DNA from: Verrucomicrobiota bacterium
GTDB lineage: Bacteria; Verrucomicrobiota; Verrucomicrobiia; Chthoniobacterales; JACTMZ01
Length of the DNA: 64,000 bases
Direction: 5' to 3'
Assembly: GCA_027624625.1 (NCBI GenBank)
Contig: JAQBWH010000001.1
Coordinates: 1,535 to 65,534, forward strand
Below are positions 58,675-64,000 of the stretch, piece after piece. The position numbers were made by a program, and so were the translations under genes. Within the stretch, counting starts at the first letter, position 1. Every line of letters begins with the position of its first letter. The notes beneath the pieces are model-generated. The model did not search any database. It had not been told where the DNA came from and worked only from the letters and a program-made list of their open reading frames with translations.

Positions 58675-60499
58675 GGTCGATCTTGAGCAGGTTGGCCAGT
58701 TCGTCGACGCGTTGGGCGAAGAGTTGGAGGGCGGCCTCGACGGGGGTGGGCGAGGTCATGTCGACGCCGGCGAGTTTCAAGGTGTCGATGGGATCTTGCC
58801 GGCCGCCGGATTGGAGGAAGGCGAGGTAGCGGGAGGGGTCGCCGGTTTCGAGCACTTGGCGGGACAAGGCGATGGCAGCGCTCATGCCCGTGGCGTATTG
58901 GTAGACGTAGAACGCGCTGTAGAAATGCGGGATGCGCAGGCACTCAAGGTCGAGTTGCGGGTCGAGGGTGAAGTCGGGCCCGAAATAGGTGACCAGTAGT
59001 TCGTGGTAAATCGTGGTCAGGGTATCGAGGGTCAGGGCTTCCCCGGCCTCCTGGCGCTGGTGGATGATTTTCTCGAACTCGGCGAACATGGTCTGGCGGT
59101 AGATGGTGCCGCGGAGGTCGTCGATCTGGCGGTTGAGGAGATACGCTTTCATCGGCAGATCGTCCGTCTGGGTGAGGAGGTGGTGGGTGAGGAGTTCCTC
59201 GTTGAAGGTGGAAGCAACTTCGGCGAGGAAGATGGGATAATGGTGGTCCTGGAAGGTCTGGTCGCGTTGCGCATACCAAGTGTGCATGGAGTGGCCGGCC
59301 TCGTGCGCGAGGGTGAACATGTCGGCGAAGACATCCGGTTTGTAATTCATGAGGATGTAAGGTGGACAGCCGTAGCACCCGCTGGAAAAGGCGCCACTGC
59401 GCTTGCCTTTCGATTCGTAGCGGTCGCACCAGCGGCCGCGCAGTCCAGCCTCCAATTCGCGCGTGTATTCCGCGCCGAGCGGTGCGGTGGCGGCGATGGT
59501 GCGGTCGATGGCTTGGTCGAAGGTAAGGTGTGTGGTGATTTGCGGGACGAGGGGGACGTAAGTGTCGTAGTGGTGGACTTCCTCGAGGCCGAGGGCGCGG
59601 CGGCGGAGCTCGTAGTAGCGGTGGAGGGGCGTGAGGTTGGCGCGGACGGTCGAGATGAGGTTGGTGTAAACCTCGATCGGGATGTTGTGGCGGAAGAGGG
59701 CGGCCTTGAGGGCGGACGGGTAGCGGCGGGCCTTGGCTTGGAAGACGTCGGTGCGGACCGAGTTGGCCAGGGTGCTGGCCAGGGTGAATTTGTGGTCGGT
59801 GAATTCCTCGTAGAATTGATGGAAAGCGCGGCGGCGAAGGTCGTGGTCGGGTTTGACCAGGAAGGAACTGAAGCTGCTTTGGCTCAACTCGACTTGGCGG
59901 CCGGCGCGGTCGGTGATCAGACCGAACTTGAGGTCGACATTGGTCAGTTGGGAGAAAGTGTCCTCGTGTCCGGCCAGTGGTTGCGAACTCATGGCGAGGA
60001 GTCGTTCCTCGTTTTCGTTGAGCGTGTGCGGTTGGAAGCGGCGGAGACGTTCGAGGACACGGCGCCAGGGAGCAAGCGCGGGAGCGGAGGCGAGGGAGGC
60101 GAATGGGGCGTCCGGGATGGCCATCAACTCGGGGTTGAGGAAGGAACATTGCTCCACGATGTCGGTGTGGAGATTTTGTAGGCGGGCTTCGCGTTCGAGA
60201 AAGACGGGGTCGGAGGCATTTTCGCTGACCCGCAGGCTGGCGTAGGTGGCGAGGCGTTCGAGGGGCTGGTCGATGCTTTTTTCGAATTCGAGGGCGGCAA
60301 GGAGGCTGGCGGGAGATTCGGCGAGCCGTCCGCGGAATTGCCTGATTTGCGGGTAATGTTTTTGGAGTGCGGTAAATTCGGCCTCCCAAGCAGTGTCACC
60401 GGGGTAGAGGGGCGAGAGATCCCAGCGGTCGGACTCGGGGATTTCATGGCGGGTCGGGACGCGCGAGACGGAAGCGGCGTCGGTGGAACGGAACAACAT
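58661..60499 (-). CDS. pepF: oligoendopeptidase F (peptidase M3B)
   Basis: Start at ATG 60499 (MLFRSTDAASVSR). Zinc site FTLAHEAGHSMH. Overall M3B layout. Confidence 0.9.
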   Translation of the reverse strand: MLFRSTDAASVSRVPTRHEIPESDRWDLSPLYPGDTAWEAEFTALQKHYPQIRQFRGRLAESPASLLAALEFEKSIDQPLERLATYASLRVSENASDPVFLEREARLQNLHTDIVEQCSFLNPELMAIPDAPFASLASAPALAPWRRVLERLRRFQPHTLNENEERLLAMSSQPLAGHEDTFSQLTNVDLKFGLITDRAGRQVELSQSSFSSFLVKPDHDLRRRAFHQFYEEFTDHKFTLASTLANSVRTDVFQAKARRYPSALKAALFRHNIPIEVYTNLISTVRANLTPLHRYYELRRRALGLEEVHHYDTYVPLVPQITTHLTFDQAIDRTIAATAPLGAEYTRELEAGLRGRWCDRYESKGKRSGAFSSGCYGCPPYILMNYKPDVFADMFTLAHEAGHSMHTWYAQRDQTFQDHHYPIFLAEVASTFNEELLTHHLLTQTDDLPMKAYLLNRQIDDLRGTIYRQTMFAEFEKIIHQRQEAGEALTLDTLTTIYHELLVTYFGPDFTLDPQLDLECLRIPHFYSAFYVYQYATGMSAAIALSRQVLETGDPSRYLAFLQSGGRQDPIDTLKLAGVDMTSPTPVEAALQLFAQRVDELANLLKIDLNQK

Positions 60500-60519
60500 G
60501 ATGGTGGATATTGGGCGGG

Positions 60520-61818
60520 TCAGAATTCGGAGCAATTGAAAACGATGCGGTAGCCGCAGGTGGCGCTGCGGCAGACCACTTTGCATTTTTCGGAAAGGAG
60601 GACGGCTCCGCAGACCGGGCAGACGGTGTCCGGGTTGTCGTTCGGCGAGGTTGCCGGGGCGACGATGGCGCGCAAAGCAGCGGAGAGGGTGCGAACGACC
60701 TCGGGGTCGTGTGCCGCAGAGAGGCTGATGCGCAAGCGTGAGGTGCCGGCGGGCACAGTGGGCGGGCGGATGGCAGGGACGTGGAAACCGAGTTGCGCCA
60801 TTCGCCGGGCGGTTTGGAGGGTTTCTTCTTCTCCACCGATGATGACCCGATGGATGGCGGCGGGCGGGGCGGGGTCGAGGAGAGCCGCGAGTTCGCGCAG
60901 CCTGGCCCGCCCTCGATCACCTTCGGGGCTGGCGCAGAGGTCGAGAGCGGCCGCGGCGGCGGCGGCGTTGGCCGCCGGCGGAGCGGTGGAGAAAATGAAG
61001 CTGCGGGCGCGGTTGACGAGGAGGTCGATCAGGGCGCGTGATCCCGCGATGTAGCCGCCGGAGCTGCCGAGGGCTTTGCCGAGCGTGCCCATTTGCACTT
61101 CGATGCGGTGGGCCAACCCGAGTTGATCGGCCAGTCCGCGACCGCCCCGCCCGAGGACGCCGACCGCATGGGCCTCATCGAGGAGAAGAACGGCGCCGTA
61201 TTGGTCTTTGAGTTCAACAACATCGCGGAGCGGGGCAAGGTCGCCATCCATGCTGAAGACGGATTCGGTGACGATGAAGACGCGGGCCCGCGCGTATTTC
61301 TGGCGCGCCCATTGGAGGTGGTGTTCGAGGTGGGTGGGATCGTTGTGATGGAATGGACGGATCGTGGCGCCGCTGAGACGGGCGCCGTCGACCAGACAGG
61401 CGTGGGCAAGTTTGTCCAGGAGGATGACGTCGTCCTTGGTGGCAAGCGCCTGAAGGGCGCCGGTGCTGGAGGCGTAGCCGCTGCCGAAGACGAGGGCGGC
61501 AGCGGTGTTTTTGAAAGCGGCGATTTTTTCTTCGAACTCGCGGTGGGGACGTTGGGTGCCGGTAACGAGGCGGGAGGACCCGGCGCCGGCGCCAAAATCT
61601 CGGGTTGCTTCGAGCGCGGCGGCGACCACTTGGGGGTGCGCGGCGAGGCCGAGGTAGTCGTTGGAGGCGAAATTGTGCAACGTCTGGCCGCCGAAGCCGA
61701 CGAGCGGACCGGTGGCCAGGTCCGAAACGCTGAGACGGCGACGGAGGTGCCGGGCTTCGAGACTGGCGAGGGTCGTTTGCAGGTGATCTTGGAACATCGG
61801 GTGGCGGGGATTCTTCAT
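60520..61818 (-). CDS. bioF: 8-amino-7-oxononanoate synthase with a Cys-rich C-terminal extension
   Basis: Start at ATG 61818 ([13 protein letters not shown]). [21 protein letters not shown], and the PLP lysine in GTLGKALG. The last ~35 aa carry six Cys ([30 protein letters not shown]). Confidence 0.85.
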   Translation of the reverse strand: MKNPRHPMFQDHLQTTLASLEARHLRRRLSVSDLATGPLVGFGGQTLHNFASNDYLGLAAHPQVVAAALEATRDFGAGAGSSRLVTGTQRPHREFEEKIAAFKNTAAALVFGSGYASSTGALQALATKDDVILLDKLAHACLVDGARLSGATIRPFHHNDPTHLEHHLQWARQKYARARVFIVTESVFSMDGDLAPLRDVVELKDQYGAVLLLDEAHAVGVLGRGGRGLADQLGLAHRIEVQMGTLGKALGSSGGYIAGSRALIDLLVNRARSFIFSTAPPAANAAAAAAALDLCASPEGDRGRARLRELAALLDPAPPAAIHRVIIGGEEETLQTARRMAQLGFHVPAIRPPTVPAGTSRLRISLSAAHDPEVVRTLSAALRAIVAPATSPNDNPDTVCPVCGAVLLSEKCKVVCRSATCGYRIVFNCSEF

Positions 61819-62110
61819 GGCCAAGAGCGCACAGTCCACCGGGGAGAGAGTCGGTGGGTGGTCGGGCTCGGTAGGAAGGGATCGACCACGATGATAGCCC
61901 CGCTGGCGGTTCTGCGGAATAATTTTGCGCGGATTCCCCTGCGGAGGAAGAGGGGTGAATAGCTTGATATCGCGAGACGGGCGACGGAAATTGCGCATCG
62001 GGTAGCATGGCAGGGCAGTGCATCTTCTGTCGGTGTCCGGGGCCGGTTTCTGTGATGCAGAGCAACGGGGAAGAGTTGATTGGCAGCGGTCGGGCGGGCA
62101 ACTTGGGAGC

Positions 62111-62611
62111 ATGCTACACCTGCCTGACCCGGTGCACCCGTTTGCGGTGCATTTCCCGATGGCGTTTCTCCTACTCGGGATGGTGGCTCTTGTTTTGTCG
62201 CTCTTGTGGCCCAACCGCTACGTGGTGCGTCTGGCTTTTCTCATGATGGTGCTGGGCGCGTTGGGTGCCACTTGGGCCCACCGCACGGGGACGGATGAAG
62301 CGGCGGCTGTTCGTTACGTCGGCGAGTCGACGGCTGCGGCGGTGCAGGAGCACAAGAGCACTTCGGATTTGATGCTCGTCGCTTCATGGATCGCGGCGGT
62401 CTCGGCCGGGACGGTCTTTTTCACCAATCTCATCCCGGGGTTGTCCCTGCTGGCCCGCTTGGTCGCGGTGGCCTCGTGCTTGTTTTTGCTCTGGACGATG
62501 CAGACCTCGCACCACACGGGAGTGGTGCTCACCCACACGCACTTTTTCGGTCCGAATGCGCCGAAACCTGTACCGGGAACGGAAGAGGTGATCCGCCTGA
62601 AGGTCGAGTGA
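62111..62611 (+). CDS. DUF2231-like membrane protein
   Basis: Start at ATG 62111 (MLHLPDPVHPFAVHFPMAFLLLG), followed by four hydrophobic segments. Confidence 0.6.
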   Translation: MLHLPDPVHPFAVHFPMAFLLLGMVALVLSLLWPNRYVVRLAFLMMVLGALGATWAHRTGTDEAAAVRYVGESTAAAVQEHKSTSDLMLVASWIAAVSAGTVFFTNLIPGLSLLARLVAVASCLFLLWTMQTSHHTGVVLTHTHFFGPNAPKPVPGTEEVIRLKVE

Positions 62612-62731
62612 CCTCGGGAAAGGTCCCACCGGGTCCCCACTCCGGGGGACGGCGAAGTTTGTTCAGTCTGGCCGGGGTAATCCTTGTTTTTGCGCGTTTC
62701 CTTGCGGGGCGCGAATGGGTAGAAATGGGGG

Positions 62732-63766
62732 ATGGATAAAGTCAAAGCGGCCGTAGTCGGCGCCAGCGGTTACTCGGGCGAGGAACTGGTCGCGTTGCTC
62801 GCGCGGCATCCGCGGGTGGAAATTGTCGCGGTGACGTCGCGGCAATCGGCCGGGGAGACGATGGCACAGGTCTTTCCGCGCACCGCAGGATCGGTCGTTG
62901 CGGGATTGCAATTTATCGAGCCGTCGATTGGGGCGCTGGAAAAATCCGGTGCCGCAACCATCTTTCTCGCGCTGCCGCACGGTTTGGCCGCGGAGTTTGC
63001 CGGGCCCTTGCGAAAAGCCGGACGGCAGGTGATCGATTTGAGCGCGGATTTCCGGCTCAAATCAGCTGAGGTCTTTGCCGAGTTTTATGGCCAGGCACAT
63101 CCTGCGCCTGAACTTTTGGCGGAGTCGGTCTATGCCCTGCCCGAAATTTTGCAAGGTGACGCGCTGAAGGGTGCCGGGCTCATCGCCTGTCCCGGCTGCT
63201 ATCCGACCAGCATTCTCGTGCCGGTCATTCCTCTCCTGCGGCGGGGTTTGATTGATCCGGCAAGCATTGTGATCAACAGCCAGAGCGGGACGAGCGGTGC
63301 GGGGCGCAAAGCGGACGCCGCGCTTCTCTTTGCCGAGTGCAATGAAAGTCTCCGGGCTTATGGTGCGCCCAAGCACCGGCATCTTTCGGAGATCGAGCAG
63401 GAGCTTTCGGCCGCGGCAGGATGCACGGTGACGGTCACCTTCACGCCGCATCTTGTTCCGGTGACCAGAGGGATGATTTCCACCATCGTGGCCACTCCGC
63501 TGGGCGACGCCGACGCCGGACTGGTCGAATCGGTGTGGCGCGAGGCCTACCACGGGCGGCCGTTCGTGCGCGTCGTGTCGCCCTTGCCCGATTCGAAGCA
63601 TGTCACGAATACAAATTTCATCGATATTGCCGTGCGCGAGGACAAGCGGACGGGTCGTCTGATCCTTTTCAGCGCCCTCGACAATCTCGGCAAAGGCGCC
63701 GCGTGGCAGGCGGTGCAGGCCTTCAATCTTGCGCAAGGCTGGGACGAAACATTGGGATTGTCATGA
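62732..63766 (+). CDS. argC: N-acetyl-gamma-glutamyl-phosphate reductase
   Basis: 344 aa. VVGASGYSGEEL N-terminus and active site ACPGCYPTS. Confidence 0.95.
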   Translation: MDKVKAAVVGASGYSGEELVALLARHPRVEIVAVTSRQSAGETMAQVFPRTAGSVVAGLQFIEPSIGALEKSGAATIFLALPHGLAAEFAGPLRKAGRQVIDLSADFRLKSAEVFAEFYGQAHPAPELLAESVYALPEILQGDALKGAGLIACPGCYPTSILVPVIPLLRRGLIDPASIVINSQSGTSGAGRKADAALLFAECNESLRAYGAPKHRHLSEIEQELSAAAGCTVTVTFTPHLVPVTRGMISTIVATPLGDADAGLVESVWREAYHGRPFVRVVSPLPDSKHVTNTNFIDIAVREDKRTGRLILFSALDNLGKGAAWQAVQAFNLAQGWDETLGLS

Positions 63767-64000
63767 GCAAGTTGAAAACGATCAAAGGCGGGGTCACGGC
63801 TGCGAAAGGTTTCCGTGCCGCCTCGGTTTTCGCGGGGATCAAGCCTTCCAACAAAAGCCGCGCCGATCTGGCACTGGTGGCGTCCGAAGTGCCCGCCGTG
63901 GCGGCCGGAGTGTTCACCACCAATCGGGTCAAGGCGGCGCCGGTGCGTGTTTCGCGCGCCCATTTGCGCGCGCCGCAGACCTGTGCCGTATTGCTTAACA
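63763..64000 (+). CDS. argJ: bifunctional glutamate N-acetyltransferase / amino-acid acetyltransferase ArgJ, N-terminal fragment (runs off the window)
   Basis: Its ATG 63763 overlaps the argC stop (ATGA). MSKLKTIKGGVTAAKGFRAASVFAGIKPSNKSRADLALVASEVPAVAAGVFTTNRVKAAPV is a typical ArgJ N-terminus. Confidence 0.85.
   Translation, partial: MSKLKTIKGGVTAAKGFRAASVFAGIKPSNKSRADLALVASEVPAVAAGVFTTNRVKAAPVRVSRAHLRAPQTCAVLLN

Noticed and set aside
61819-62110. The 290-nt divergent region upstream of bioF, considered as a riboswitch or BirA operator.
   Set aside because: I could not recognise any conserved riboswitch core or a BirA-type inverted repeat by eye. It would need a covariance-model scan (Rfam) to say more.

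Overview
This is 64 kb of high-GC bacterial chromosome, above 60% GC on most lines I hand-counted. It is densely packed with core housekeeping genes, and many neighbours share 1-, 4- or 8-nt start/stop overlaps. The centrepiece is a complete division/cell-wall (dcw) cluster at about 20.9-39.6 kb: mraZ-rsmH-ftsL-ftsI-murE-murF-mraY-murD-(LysM protein)-ftsW-murG-murC::murB-ddl-ftsQ-ftsA-ftsZ, with clpB 19 nt behind ftsZ. The left third holds an M20 peptidase, proS, an M29 aminopeptidase, rarA, proA, acylphosphatase, tpiA, opcA-zwf, metF, an ABC-2 exporter operon, an amidase and pta. The right third holds cinA, nadC, rnd, an isolated nuoB-nuoC pair, an M23 peptidase, envelope lipoproteins, a YkuD L,D-transpeptidase, xerC/D, parB, a desaturase/FAD-oxidoreductase/DUF1365 lipid module, pepF, bioF, argC and the start of argJ. 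The divergent FtsZ, the MurC-MurB fusion and the overall gene content suggest a Verrucomicrobiota (Opitutae-like) genome, but that is inference only. I found no rRNA, tRNA, CRISPR array, IS element, prophage or recognisable defence system. I see no convincing novel multi-gene system here. The best leads are local oddities:
- a LysM bitopic protein wired into the dcw operon;
- the MurC-MurB fusion;
- an FtsZ with a non-canonical T1 loop;
- a G8 homopolymer frameshift in a small membrane-protein gene;
- an orphan nuoBC pair inside a functionally mixed overlapping operon;
- a BioF with a Cys-rich C-terminal tail;
- a lower-GC stretch with two orphan ORFs where a cfa gene would be expected.

All family assignments come from reading motifs in the ORF-track translations, and no database search was run.
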